A stretch of 64,000 nt of DNA from a bacterium (GCA_031362565.1 JANLSU010000121.1:10072-74071), one strand, 5' to 3'. Numbered from the stretch's first letter, positions 39,561 through 49,915 are shown. Program-made: numbers and translations. Notes: a model not told the origin generated them from the sequence alone.

Positions 39561-40561
39561 AAGTTCTCTTCGTCAACGAGGCGGGCGTCCACGAACTGTT
39601 GACGATGCAAGCCTGCATTCCGCTCATGCACAACACGCTGGTCGCACTCGCGAACGACAACGTCGTGTTGCCGCTCCGCACCAAAGTCCGACTGCCGGAC
39701 GGCTCCGGTATTTTGGGTCTCATGCCCGGGTACCTAGGCGCACCGGAAAGCTTCGGCCTCAAGGTGGTGTCGGTGATGCCCGGCAACCATGGCACGCCCT
39801 ACGACTCACACCAGGGCGTTGTCCTGTTGTTCGGAGTCAAGCACGGCGAGCCTTTGGCGATCCTCGACGCGACAGCGATTACAGCGATCCGCACCGCCGC
39901 GGCGTCGGCTGCGGCGACGCAGGCCCTGGCCCGCCCGGAGGCCGGCGATCTGGCGCTCTTGGGATCGGGCGCTCAGGCGCGGACGCACCTCGCAGCGATG
40001 CAATGCGTGCGCACGCTGCGCCGGGTGCGGGTGTGGAGCCGGAGCCGGGCGAACGCCGAGCGCTTCGCGCGGGAAGAGGGCGAACGCCGCGGGCTTGCGA
40101 TCGAGGTCGCGGCGAGTGCCGCCGAGGCATTGCACGGTGCGGATCTCGTCTGCACGACGACCGCGGCGCGCGAACCGATTCTGCGCGGCGAGTGGCTCGC
40201 GCCGGGCACGCATGTGAACGCCGTCGGCGCCTGCTTCTCGAACAGCCGCGAACTCGATACGGAAGCCGTTCGGCGGGCGCGCTTCTTTACCGATTGTCGC
40301 GAGTCGTGCTTGAACGAATCCGGTGATTTCTTGCTCGCCCGCGCCGAGGGCGCCATCGATGACGCGCATCTCTTAGGTGACCTGGGCGAAGTGTTTCTCG
40401 GCAAAGTTCCGGGGCGCGTGTCGCGCGACGACGTCACGATCTTCGAATCCTTGGGCGTCGCAATCGAGGACCTCGCCGCGGCGCACTTCATTCATCGGCG
40501 CGCGGTCGAGACCGGCGGCGGCACCTGGCTCGAATGGGGCGGCCCGCCGGGCAGCGCATGA
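39557..40561 (+). CDS. Ornithine cyclodeaminase/mu-crystallin family protein (ketimine reductase-like)
   Basis: GLKVVSVMPGN, ITAIRTAAAS, GSGAQA, HVNAVGA, FESLGVAIEDL. Confidence 0.92.
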   Translation: MKVLFVNEAGVHELLTMQACIPLMHNTLVALANDNVVLPLRTKVRLPDGSGILGLMPGYLGAPESFGLKVVSVMPGNHGTPYDSHQGVVLLFGVKHGEPLAILDATAITAIRTAAASAAATQALARPEAGDLALLGSGAQARTHLAAMQCVRTLRRVRVWSRSRANAERFAREEGERRGLAIEVAASAAEALHGADLVCTTTAAREPILRGEWLAPGTHVNAVGACFSNSRELDTEAVRRARFFTDCRESCLNESGDFLLARAEGAIDDAHLLGDLGEVFLGKVPGRVSRDDVTIFESLGVAIEDLAAAHFIHRRAVETGGGTWLEWGGPPGSA

Positions 40562-41568
40562 CGTCCAACACGCCGTACGCGCTTCTGACGCCTTCGCTGG
40601 CGGACATTCAGGCGGCGCGGCAGCGCATCGCGGGTATGGCGTTGCGAACCCCATTGATTCGGCTCGCGCCGCAGGCCGGCGAGCCGGAAATCTGGCTCAA
40701 GCTCGAGACACTGCAGCCCATCGGTTCTTTCAAGATTCGTGGCGCCGCGAGCGCTTTGGGTCTCGTGCCGCGCGCCGACTTGGCGCGCGGCGTGTACACG
40801 GCGAGCGCCGGCAATATGGCGCAGGGTGTCGCGTGGTGGGCGCGCGAAACCGGCGTACCGTGCACGGTCATCGTTCCCGACACCGCACCCGCCGCCAAGC
40901 TCGATGCCATCACGCGCCTCGGCGCGCGGCTCGTGCCGGTGCCATTCGAACGCTGGTGGCAAGTTCTGGTCGAACGCCGCTACGACGGGTTGGAAGGTTA
41001 TTTCGCCCACCCCGTGAGCGACCCGGCGGTTATCGCCGGCAACGCCACCATCGGACTCGAAATCTTGGAAGACTTGCCGCATGTCGCGAGCGTCTACGTG
41101 CCGTTCGGCGGCGGCGGATTGTCGTGCGGTATTGCAGCTGCGCTCCGCGCTTCACGGTCCGGCGCACCGACCTTTGCCTGCGAAGTCGAAACCGCCGCAC
41201 CACTCGTCGCCGCACTCGCGACCGGCGCGCCGTGCGCCATCGACTACCAACCGAGTTTCGTCGACGGAATCGGCGGCCGGAGTGTGCTGCACGAAATGTG
41301 GCCGTTGGCGTCAACGCTTCTCGCCGGCAGTTGTGTCGTCAGCCGCGATGAAATCGCCGCCGCAATTCGCAGCCTCGTCGCGCGCGCCCGCACCGTGGCC
41401 GAAGGCGCTGGAGCCGCTGCGCTCGCCGCCGCGCTTACCGGACGCCCGGCCGCCGGCGCCATGGGCGCCACAGTCACGCGCCCCGATGGCCCCATCGTCT
41501 GTGTCGTCTCCGGCGGCAACTTGGACCCCGCCAAGCTCGCAGCCGTGCTCGAAGGCCGCGTGCCCTGA
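40558..41568 (+). CDS. Second serine/threonine dehydratase-family PLP enzyme
   Basis: LKLETLQPIGSFKIRGA, SAGNMAQGVA, PFGGGGL, VSGGNLD. Confidence 0.9.
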   Translation: MTSNTPYALLTPSLADIQAARQRIAGMALRTPLIRLAPQAGEPEIWLKLETLQPIGSFKIRGAASALGLVPRADLARGVYTASAGNMAQGVAWWARETGVPCTVIVPDTAPAAKLDAITRLGARLVPVPFERWWQVLVERRYDGLEGYFAHPVSDPAVIAGNATIGLEILEDLPHVASVYVPFGGGGLSCGIAAALRASRSGAPTFACEVETAAPLVAALATGAPCAIDYQPSFVDGIGGRSVLHEMWPLASTLLAGSCVVSRDEIAAAIRSLVARARTVAEGAGAAALAAALTGRPAAGAMGATVTRPDGPIVCVVSGGNLDPAKLAAVLEGRVP

Positions 41569-41785
41569 AGCCACCGCCCGCGTCCATCCGTGCCAACATC
41601 CGTGTTTCCACGGAACCGGCCGTCTCTCGACGATCGCGCTGCGAGTTTTCTTGCGTTCCCGAGCACCAGTGGTACTCTGAATGCGCTTCCGGCCATCCCG
41701 TTTTCGCGTCCGGCGCGCCATCCATCCATGGATTGGGCCGGCGTCGCTGACGCATTCGTTTGGTCACAGGAATTGGAGGGTCGAG

Positions 41786-42757
41786 ATGTCGCGATCGGAT
41801 TCGATGCGTTGGTTGGCTCGCCTGGCGGTCTTTTGCGTCGTTGCGCTGGGGAGAGCCGCATTGAGTGACGCAGCACCCCTGGACACGTTCGCACCGGAAA
41901 CCTACAACGTCGATAAGTGCATTCCGCCGGTCTCCAACCTCAGGTACTACAAGAGCGCTCCCGGGCAGGAGCAGCTGCACCGGGCCCACCAGAAGTGGCA
42001 ACAGGTTCTGGCACGGAAACCGAGCCATTGGCGGTTCACGAACTGTGCGCAGCCGTCGCACAAACCCAATTCGCTGGCTTCGGTCCACACCTTCAGCTCC
42101 CAGGTCGACTGCGAGATCTCGATCGACAACGGGGGGAGTTTCTTGCCGATTTCGGCGCCGGCTCTGTGCACTGTTGTCGTGACGTTCAACCACGTGCTGG
42201 GAGACACCGAGTACTACGACAACGAGATGATCCAACTCGATATCACGGGGTTACCGTTCGGGATGCTCGTTCGCGAGTCACCAACCATGGCGTCCATCGG
42301 CGTGACAACCATTCGGCCGTTTTCGACCGGCTACATGATCAGCAGCTTCTTCGACGTCTTCACCGAGCTGAGCATGAACGGTGGCGCCTCGTGGATTCCG
42401 TCGCGCGATGACGTGGGGGTGCCGCTGGCCGGTCATGTCGCACTTACGGGTGCCGACCCGACCGGGGTGGACGCGGAACTCTCCCGTCGCCAGTTCCTCT
42501 ACGTTCCGAACCCACTGCAGCGTGGCGGTCCCATCCGCTACTCGGTCACACACGCGGGTCCGGTGCGGCTCGACGTGTTCGACGTTGGCGGCCGGCTGGT
42601 CGGTTCCCTGGTCGATGCGTCGCTTTCAGCCGGGGAACGGACGCACATCTGGACAGGCAACGATTTCCAAGGCCGCCCCCTCAGCAAGGGGATCTACCTC
42701 TTCCGGATGAAAACCGCGAACGCGACGATGACGGGCAAAGCGGTCTACTCGCACTGA
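41786..42757 (+). CDS. Secreted protein with FlgD-Ig/T9SS-like C-terminal domain
   Basis: Signal peptide; 'YDNEMIQLD...RESPT...ISSFFDVFTELS'; tail VPNPL...VFDVGGRLV...WTG...GIYLFRM. Confidence 0.8.
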   Translation: MSRSDSMRWLARLAVFCVVALGRAALSDAAPLDTFAPETYNVDKCIPPVSNLRYYKSAPGQEQLHRAHQKWQQVLARKPSHWRFTNCAQPSHKPNSLASVHTFSSQVDCEISIDNGGSFLPISAPALCTVVVTFNHVLGDTEYYDNEMIQLDITGLPFGMLVRESPTMASIGVTTIRPFSTGYMISSFFDVFTELSMNGGASWIPSRDDVGVPLAGHVALTGADPTGVDAELSRRQFLYVPNPLQRGGPIRYSVTHAGPVRLDVFDVGGRLVGSLVDASLSAGERTHIWTGNDFQGRPLSKGIYLFRMKTANATMTGKAVYSH

Positions 42758-43048
42758 CATCTGGTGCGGCAAGACCGGCGACGGCGGCGGGGTGGCGTAA
42801 CGAACGAGCGTCTCGGCGTCACGGACTCGTGGCGCCGGGCAGGCCCCGCCGTCCAACGTCGATCAGAACCCTTGATGGTGGTTGCGGCTTGATGAAGGCG
42901 GCGTGGTGTTCGCTGCATGCTCCCGTCGGCCTTGACCCTCGCCCGGTGCATCCGTATACTCCGCCACACAGCCCCCACCGTCGGATCTTCGGATCGGCTC
43001 CGCGCCGTCTTGCCGCGGACGGTCGCCGTTTCGCCCTTGGAGAACATC

Positions 43049-44791
43049 ATGCAAAATCGCAACATCTGGGCTCTGGCCGCACTCCTCGCGGTCGCCGCGG
43101 CAACGACTGCCGTCGCTGGCGATCTCATTGTCGTGGACAAGCTGGACCGCAGATTCCCGACCGGCTACTGTCCATTCGAAACTCGGACATCGAACGGCCA
43201 CTCCACCGCGATGGCGTTTACGCCGGGCGGCCCTGATGTTCATATCACAATGAACTTGCGCGGCTTCAACTCCTTCGGCCAACAGTTTCGCTTCCGGCTG
43301 GACAACATCGCGGTCGTGCGGAGCGACGCGTTTGCGGCACACAGCGGCGTTCCCCCGGTCGGTGGCACTGCCATCCATCCGTTCCACTGGGAGTTTTGCT
43401 ATGAAGGGTTGCAGGACGCGCCGGCATTGTTTTTCGAGGGCCTGCCGCCGGCGGAGTTACCCTTCATCGAAACCTTCGACAGTTCCCCGGGAATTTTCAC
43501 CCTGACGGGCGGCGCGTTTTACTTGTCCGGTGGGGATGGGCTGGATTGCGATAACAATCCCTATCCCAACGGCGGACCGCTGCCGTCTTCCGGGCAATTC
43601 GACGGGGGTGGCGCGCTGGCATTCTTCGCCGGAGGCTCGACCAGCTTCGACGTCACCGGCCTGATCCCCGGCACCGAATACCTGCTGCACGGCTGGTGGT
43701 ATTCGTGTGCGGCGGACACTGCGGCGCTCGAAGTCACGGTGGAAGGCGCACTCCCGGCGCCAACCGGGCGCAGCCTGTTGGCATTGAATGACGTCGGTCA
43801 AACCAGCGGCGTCGATCAGTTGGTCCGGATTCCGGATCCCGTGACCGGCGTCGGCGCCCTCGTGGGCGCGCTCGGTTCACCGTTCGCTGACTGCGAGGCG
43901 CTCGCGGTATTGCCGCGCACCGGCACGGCGGACCGCCTGTTTGCAGTCGACAACGCACAGCTGCTGGAACTCGATCCCGCCACCGGCCATGGAACTGTGA
44001 TCGGCCCGATTGGTTTCGCGGATGTCGACGGCTTGGCCTTTCAGCCCGGCACCGAAACTCTGTATGGCGTCACCTACGGTTCCAACAAGCTCTTGCGCAT
44101 CGACATCACGACCGGACACGGCACCGTGGTCGCGAACAACGTGCTGTCGGGCAAGCGGCTCGACGACATCGCGTTCCATCCGGATGGGCGAGCCTTCATC
44201 TTGACGGGCGGCACACCCCGCGTGACCCGGGTCGATCTTGCCACCGGCGCGCCTTTGCAGCAGTGGCTGCTGACTGGCGCGACAAGCCTCGAATCCCTCG
44301 TTTTCTCGCCGAACGGTTCGACGTTGTACTCAGCCGGCGACAGAGGTACCACCAAGGACCTCGCCGTGATCGACCTCGCGACCAGCACGGTCGCTTTCGT
44401 CGGCACGCAATCGAGCGGATTCAGAGATATCGAGGCGCTGGCGTGGATCAATGACCACACTGCGGCCTTGCTCGCACGCTGGGGCGCGCCGACCGATGTG
44501 GCGCCCGGATCGCCCAGCGCACACCTGCTACAAATCGCGCCCAATCCGTTCAATCCCACCACGCAAGTAGAGTTCGAATTGGTGCGGTCGGGGCGCGTCG
44601 ATCTCTCGGTGCATGACGTCGCCGGGCGCCTCGTCGACCGCCTGTTCGTGGGGCATTTGTCGGCGGGACGGCACACGCGAATCTGGCACGGCACGGGCAT
44701 CGATGGGCGGCCCGTAGCCGCCGGGTTGTACTACTGCACGTTGCGCTGGGACGCGGGACACGACACTCAGACGATGGTGTTGGTGAAGTAG
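43049..44791 (+). CDS. Secreted beta-propeller protein with FlgD-Ig/T9SS-like C-terminal domain
   Basis: Signal peptide, repeated 'LAFxP...LYGV...L.RID..TG' blades, tail APNPFNPTT...HDVAGRLV...AGLYY. Confidence 0.82.
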   Translation: MQNRNIWALAALLAVAAATTAVAGDLIVVDKLDRRFPTGYCPFETRTSNGHSTAMAFTPGGPDVHITMNLRGFNSFGQQFRFRLDNIAVVRSDAFAAHSGVPPVGGTAIHPFHWEFCYEGLQDAPALFFEGLPPAELPFIETFDSSPGIFTLTGGAFYLSGGDGLDCDNNPYPNGGPLPSSGQFDGGGALAFFAGGSTSFDVTGLIPGTEYLLHGWWYSCAADTAALEVTVEGALPAPTGRSLLALNDVGQTSGVDQLVRIPDPVTGVGALVGALGSPFADCEALAVLPRTGTADRLFAVDNAQLLELDPATGHGTVIGPIGFADVDGLAFQPGTETLYGVTYGSNKLLRIDITTGHGTVVANNVLSGKRLDDIAFHPDGRAFILTGGTPRVTRVDLATGAPLQQWLLTGATSLESLVFSPNGSTLYSAGDRGTTKDLAVIDLATSTVAFVGTQSSGFRDIEALAWINDHTAALLARWGAPTDVAPGSPSAHLLQIAPNPFNPTTQVEFELVRSGRVDLSVHDVAGRLVDRLFVGHLSAGRHTRIWHGTGIDGRPVAAGLYYCTLRWDAGHDTQTMVLVK

Positions 44792-44820
44792 CACGTACGG
44801 TGCGGTACGGCAAGCGCCGG

Positions 44821-47800
44821 TCAGTGGCGTGACGTGAGAATGAACGGCGCCCAGAAAAAGGGCGCGCTCCACTCCTTGCGGCTGCGGATGCGGCGCTTGG
44901 CATCGCGCAGCGCGCGGGCGGTTTCCGAGGCATCGGGATGCCGGCCCGAGGCGATGACGCCGCCCAAGAAACCGCCGACGAGAGTCGCAGTCGACTCATC
45001 TTCCACGGACCACAAGCTGGCCACCACCTGCTGGGCGCCTGCCGCCAAGAACCCCCGCGACAGTGCGTACACGCCTTCGCCGGCTACGTAGGTGCCGACA
45101 CCTGTTTCGCAGGCGGACAACACCGCAAGGTCGCAGTCGAGCCGCAAGTCGTAGATCTCGAACAGCTGCAACCAGCCGTCCGCCGCAGTCTCGCGAGTGG
45201 GCTGCGCCGGAGGTGTGAGAACGATCCCCGCCAGCGATTGATCGCGCTTCGGGTCCACGATCCCATGTGTTGCGAGATGCAGATAACGTTTCCCCGGCAA
45301 GGCGCGGCGTACATTCGGCTCGGTGGCGTCCTTGCCCTGCAGGATGGTCATCGGCATGCGGCCGAGAGCGGCGCGTAACACCGCCGTTTCACGTGCAGTC
45401 GCCGGCAACGCCGCAAACGGCCCGTTGGGTGCAAATGCCGGTGCACTCACACTCAAGACTTCGGGCAGCGGGACGGGCGCGGCCGCATTCCCGCCACTGA
45501 CGTCGGGCGCTCGTTCCGCAGTGCCGTTCCCCGGCGCGATCAACGACGCCCCCGAGAGTGCGTAACGAATCACCGGGCCGTCATCGAGCCAGTATCGCGG
45601 CGCCGTCGATGCGTCCTTGGCGGCGACCACGAGTGCCTCGAATGGCAGCTGACACAACGCGCCGTCCGGAACAAGAATCGTCTCCGGCGCCCTCACGAGT
45701 TGATCCCACAACGGTGCCGGGATCAACACCCGCCAAAGGTCGTACAGCGACTGACCCAGGCGCTCCGGCGGGGCAACGCCGTTCTTAGCGCCCACATCCG
45801 CCAACCGGCCGATTCCACGCACCCGCATCAAGCGTGACGCCAACGCGGTTGGATTGCCGCTGCCGAATGCACCGGATCCGGCAACGGCGGTCTCGAGTGC
45901 CGCCGCCGTCAACGGACCCGGCGCTACTCCCCAGGAACGCGCGACATCCGGCGGAATCGCCAGTTCCCACGCTTGTGGCTGTTGCGGCGGTGGCGGAATT
46001 GCGAACGCGTAGCTCGTTTCTGCGCCGATTCGAAAGAGCACGATGCACCCTTGCGCCGGTGCCCGTGCAGCGATGCCAGCGACATGGATTTGCGCGCTCG
46101 ACTCCGCAAGACGCGCCCGCCATGCCGGGCTTGCGCCCAGCAGACTCTCCTGTGCGCGCTCGAGGTCGCGTGCGGCAGTGTCACGCTCGATCTCGATCTG
46201 CGCGATCTGCCGGCGGCGCTCGTCGCCTTTCTGCGCCTGATTCTCCAGCAAACGCGCCAACCGGCGCTGTAGTTCGCCGAGTTGGGTGTGCGCGGCTGCA
46301 ACCTGCGCCTCGAGCGCCGTACGCTCCGCGGCCGGCACGTCCGCCAATACGTCCATTTCCGCGCCTGCAACCCGGTCCAGGAATGCTCGCGCCCGCAATC
46401 GCTCCACGACTTCGATCGCGCGGCCGGTCTCGCCCAAAGACAAGCACCAGCGCACCATGGCATCGGCGTCATGCGAATGACCGGCGAGAAAGCGGACTCG
46501 ACTCGCCTCGGCCGCGCCGCGCTTCGGGCGCAGCACCTCCACCTGATCGAGGGCGATCGCCATGGAACCCACCGCGGCCCGAAGGTCGCCGCGATCCGCC
46601 AGCAGGAAGGCGCGCGTGGCATGCGCTTCGATGCGGGCTTCGGGTTCGGCATGCGTCGCATCCAAGATGTCGCATGCACGCTTCAGGAGTTGGAGTGCCG
46701 GCGCATCGTGCCCGGCGCCGGAGGCATGAAGACAACGCGCCAGACCCGTCAATGTGAGCGCGACATCCGGATGGCTGGGGCCCAAGAGTTCCTCTCGGGT
46801 AGCGAGCGCCTGTTGATACAGCGATTCGGCGGCGGCAAAGTGCGCCTGTTTCGCCATCAGATCAGCCAGATCGTTGGCGGTCTGCGCGGCCAGTGAGGCC
46901 GGGCCTCCGGCACGGTCGAGTACGGCGAGTGCCTCGCGGTACAAGGATTCGGCGCGCTGCGGCGCACCTTGTTCGGCCCCATACACCGCGTTTTGGATGA
47001 GAAACCACACCAAAGCCGGATCATCCTTGCCGCGTGCACGGCGCGCCAGCCGCAGTGCTTCCGCGTATCGCGCCGCGGCTTCCTGGGAACGGTTCTGCAA
47101 GCGATACAGCTCCGCGAGGTTGAGATTGGCAGTGGCGAGAGCTGTGGAATCCGGTCTTGTAGCGTCAGCCCGCAGCCGCAACGACCGATCGAGCAGCGGC
47201 TCCGCGTCCGAATACCGCCCAAGGTCGCGGTAAAGCCCGGCGAGATTGTTCGTGGGCACCGCAAACCACGGGTCGTCGGGCGGAAAAAGATGTGCGCCGA
47301 GCGCGAGCGAGCGCTGCAGACACGATTCCGCGGCGGCATAGCGTGTTTCGATCCGCCGCAGTTCGCTGACATCACCCAGGAGGTTCGCCAAGCGAGTGGA
47401 ATCAGGACTGGGCTGCACATCGACGGCGGCGAGTGCTGCCGCGAAGTGCGTTCCGGCGTCGCGGTACCGGCCGAGCTGCATTTGCAGAACGGCGAACTCA
47501 TGCTGGGTGCGGGCGACTTGCGGATGCCTCGCCCCTAGGGCGTGGAGCCGGACCGCGAGGTCGCGTTCTTTATACGCTGCGGCGCGTTCGTACTCCCCGC
47601 GGTTGATGAAGACATTCGCCAGATTATTGCAACTCTTCGCAACGCTGACGTCCTCCGGGCCGAAACGTGCCTCGCGCAAGTGCAACCCGCGCAGAAACAA
47701 ACCTTCCACGGGCCCCGCCGCTTCGGGGCCGGCGCCGGCCAATTTGGCCGCGAGTTTGTTCAGCGCGTCCACGAGTTGCAACGTGTCGGCTGCGAAGGTG

Positions 47801-47988
47801 CGTTCGTATGCCGCCTGAAGCACCGGTACTTGCCGGACTGCGGTCTGGATTCGGCCGTGCGCCAGCAACGTATCGAACTGCGCGGTGAGCACGCTCACCG
47901 GTGGGCGCGACGGTGCCGCGGCGCCCGGCTTATCGGCCGCAAGAGCCGCTGGCACGAAAATCAACGTCAACAGCGCCGCACACCGCAC
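44821..47988 (-). CDS. TPR-repeat + CHAT (caspase-like) protease, probably secreted
   Basis: Signal-peptide-like N-terminus, kinesin-light-chain-type TPRs (NNLA), catalytic LHLATHG and LSACETG, PFFWAPF. Confidence 0.9.
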   Translation of the reverse strand: MRCAALLTLIFVPAALAADKPGAAAPSRPPVSVLTAQFDTLLAHGRIQTAVRQVPVLQAAYERTFAADTLQLVDALNKLAAKLAGAGPEAAGPVEGLFLRGLHLREARFGPEDVSVAKSCNNLANVFINRGEYERAAAYKERDLAVRLHALGARHPQVARTQHEFAVLQMQLGRYRDAGTHFAAALAAVDVQPSPDSTRLANLLGDVSELRRIETRYAAAESCLQRSLALGAHLFPPDDPWFAVPTNNLAGLYRDLGRYSDAEPLLDRSLRLRADATRPDSTALATANLNLAELYRLQNRSQEAAARYAEALRLARRARGKDDPALVWFLIQNAVYGAEQGAPQRAESLYREALAVLDRAGGPASLAAQTANDLADLMAKQAHFAAAESLYQQALATREELLGPSHPDVALTLTGLARCLHASGAGHDAPALQLLKRACDILDATHAEPEARIEAHATRAFLLADRGDLRAAVGSMAIALDQVEVLRPKRGAAEASRVRFLAGHSHDADAMVRWCLSLGETGRAIEVVERLRARAFLDRVAGAEMDVLADVPAAERTALEAQVAAAHTQLGELQRRLARLLENQAQKGDERRRQIAQIEIERDTAARDLERAQESLLGASPAWRARLAESSAQIHVAGIAARAPAQGCIVLFRIGAETSYAFAIPPPPQQPQAWELAIPPDVARSWGVAPGPLTAAALETAVAGSGAFGSGNPTALASRLMRVRGIGRLADVGAKNGVAPPERLGQSLYDLWRVLIPAPLWDQLVRAPETILVPDGALCQLPFEALVVAAKDASTAPRYWLDDGPVIRYALSGASLIAPGNGTAERAPDVSGGNAAAPVPLPEVLSVSAPAFAPNGPFAALPATARETAVLRAALGRMPMTILQGKDATEPNVRRALPGKRYLHLATHGIVDPKRDQSLAGIVLTPPAQPTRETAADGWLQLFEIYDLRLDCDLAVLSACETGVGTYVAGEGVYALSRGFLAAGAQQVVASLWSVEDESTATLVGGFLGGVIASGRHPDASETARALRDAKRRIRSRKEWSAPFFWAPFILTSRH

Positions 47989-48001
47989 CGCGAGATGCCT
48001 C

Positions 48002-49915
48002 CTAGTGTTGCACCGGATTCTCGAACTCCACCTGCCGGACCCACACGCCTTCGACAACTTCAGCGGTTCGCGGCAACTGCGCCGCAAGGGCGGCGAGCCG
48101 GCCGTTGGAGTTCGGACCGGGGCCCGAATCGCCAACCTCCTGCAGCGATCCAATGCCGCGTAACCGCAGCTTGCTGGCCTGGCTTAGCTGTGCATACTGC
48201 GCCGCGCCGCCGGATTCGGCGCGCGGGAGCGCGAGCAAATCGGCTTCGAATTCCGCAAGCCGTTGGGGGCTGGCCACCACGAGCAGGTGTTCCTTGCCGC
48301 CGGCGCTCGAAACCTCCCAGTCGACGAGCGTACCGCCGGCACGCCGGCCCGGCAGTTGGTGTTTGATGTCCGGTTTGAGTGGGTTCGCCGTCTCGAAACC
48401 GGGTAACGGGAAGAGCAAGTAGCATTCGCCACGCTCGTCCTCGTTTACAACATAGACGTAGACCGGTGCCGAACTCTGGATCTCGAGCGAGAGCCCATCC
48501 CCTGGCGCTACTTGGCCTCCCGGATCGAGCGCGGTGCGCGCGCCGGATCGCCGGCGCATGAAACCGGCCTCGACGCGATACCCGTCCGACACGGCCGGAA
48601 TAGCAGACTGCCTCGGAAGCGCAGTCGCGCGCGGCGGCGTGCGAGCGGTGTCGCTTGCGGGACGTCGCAGTTGCAGAGCGAAAACGCCCGCAACAACCAC
48701 GGCTGCCACCAAGCCGGCGACCAACACGGGACGGCGCCGGGGCAGACGTTCCCCGCTTGCCGGTTCCACAACGCCGGCGGTCGACGCGGCCGGCTGCATT
48801 TCTGCCGGCGCTTCGGCGTTCCCCGCCGCCGGTGCGATCCCGAGGGTGGCACCAAGGGCCCGCTCCATCTGTCCGGCAGACGCGAAGCGATGGGCTGGAT
48901 CGGGCGCCAGCGCTGCCTCCACGACCTGCAGATAGGGTTCCGGAAGATCGGGCCGCACTTCACGCAGCAACGTCACTTGCCCCGCCGCATGCGCACGGCG
49001 GAGTTCGTCAACGGTGGCCGCTTCGACCGGGAATTGCGCCGTGACGAGATAATGCAGCAGCACGCCCAGCGCAAAGAGATCCGACTGCGGAGTGGCTGAT
49101 GCGCCCTGCAAGACTTCGGGCGCCATGTACACCGGAGTGCCGGCGATGTGCGGGCGTGTTCCCGGGTCTGGATTGCGCTCCCATCCGGTGCCGAAATCCA
49201 TCAGCACAATGCGGCCGCCGTCTTCGCGCATCACGTTGCGTGCCTTCACGTCCCGGTGGATGAGGCCGGCGCGGTGCACCGCCGTCAACGCACGACAAAG
49301 TTCTTGGCCAACAAGCGCCGCTTCCCGGGCTCCAAAGGGCCCGTGTTCGCGCACGAATGCGTCGAGCGTGCGGCCGCGCACAAATTCCATCCACAGCCCG
49401 ACGCGGCCGTCATGTTGTTCGGCACCGTACACCTGCACCACGTTGGGATGGCGGATACGCGCCAGATTGCGGGCCTCTTCCAGTGCCGCGCCCGCGCCGG
49501 TGCCAGGCGACGCGGAATCTTCCAGCTGCAAAAGCTTGAGAGCCACTTCCCGGCGTAGCGCCGTGTCCCAGGCGCGGTACACCTCGCCAAAGGCCCCGTT
49601 GCCGACGCGTTCGCAGAGCTCGAGATGACCCCATACCGGCGGCACCGCGGCACCCGGATTGTCGGCGGTGCTGACCGCGGACGTGAGTCCGGCCGTGAGG
49701 GCCGCATCCGAAGCCAGGGCGGCTGTTGATTCCGCTGTCGCTGGAGCGCCGCCGCCCGTGTGCCAAGCGGCAATTTCGCCGACGATGCGCAGTTGCTCGA
49801 GAATGCGGCGTTCGACGGCGGCTGGTGCCGTGTCCTCGAGCGCGCGCCGCCAATCGACCGGATCGCGATCTGAAACTCGCAGCGACAAATGCTGCAATGC
49901 GTCTTCAAACGCCAT
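48002..49915 (-). CDS. Membrane Ser/Thr protein kinase with DUF4384-like C-terminal domain
   Basis: GNGAFGEV, VALK, HRDVKARN, DFG, GTPVYMAPE; TM VLVAGLVAAVVVAGVFAL; 'YVYVVNED...LLFP...GKEHLLVVAS'. Confidence 0.9.
   Translation of the reverse strand: MAFEDALQHLSLRVSDRDPVDWRRALEDTAPAAVERRILEQLRIVGEIAAWHTGGGAPATAESTAALASDAALTAGLTSAVSTADNPGAAVPPVWGHLELCERVGNGAFGEVYRAWDTALRREVALKLLQLEDSASPGTGAGAALEEARNLARIRHPNVVQVYGAEQHDGRVGLWMEFVRGRTLDAFVREHGPFGAREAALVGQELCRALTAVHRAGLIHRDVKARNVMREDGGRIVLMDFGTGWERNPDPGTRPHIAGTPVYMAPEVLQGASATPQSDLFALGVLLHYLVTAQFPVEAATVDELRRAHAAGQVTLLREVRPDLPEPYLQVVEAALAPDPAHRFASAGQMERALGATLGIAPAAGNAEAPAEMQPAASTAGVVEPASGERLPRRRPVLVAGLVAAVVVAGVFALQLRRPASDTARTPPRATALPRQSAIPAVSDGYRVEAGFMRRRSGARTALDPGGQVAPGDGLSLEIQSSAPVYVYVVNEDERGECYLLFPLPGFETANPLKPDIKHQLPGRRAGGTLVDWEVSSAGGKEHLLVVASPQRLAEFEADLLALPRAESGGAAQYAQLSQASKLRLRGIGSLQEVGDSGPGPNSNGRLAALAAQLPRTAEVVEGVWVRQVEFENPVQH

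Noticed and set aside
38583..40561. SbnA/SbnB diaminopropionate biosynthesis pair
   Set aside because: The PLP enzymes carry Ser/Thr dehydratase motifs (GSFKxRGA, SAGN) rather than cysteine-synthase-type motifs.
41612..41640. Additional GGAAC promoter candidates (11, 14917, 41612, 57227)
   Set aside because: They lack CATT or GTT at the 17-nt spacing.
44821..47988. CRISPR-associated (Craspase-type) or gasdermin-linked CHAT defence system
   Set aside because: No Cas7-11, CRISPR array or gasdermin-like gene was recognised nearby, and the protein appears to be exported.
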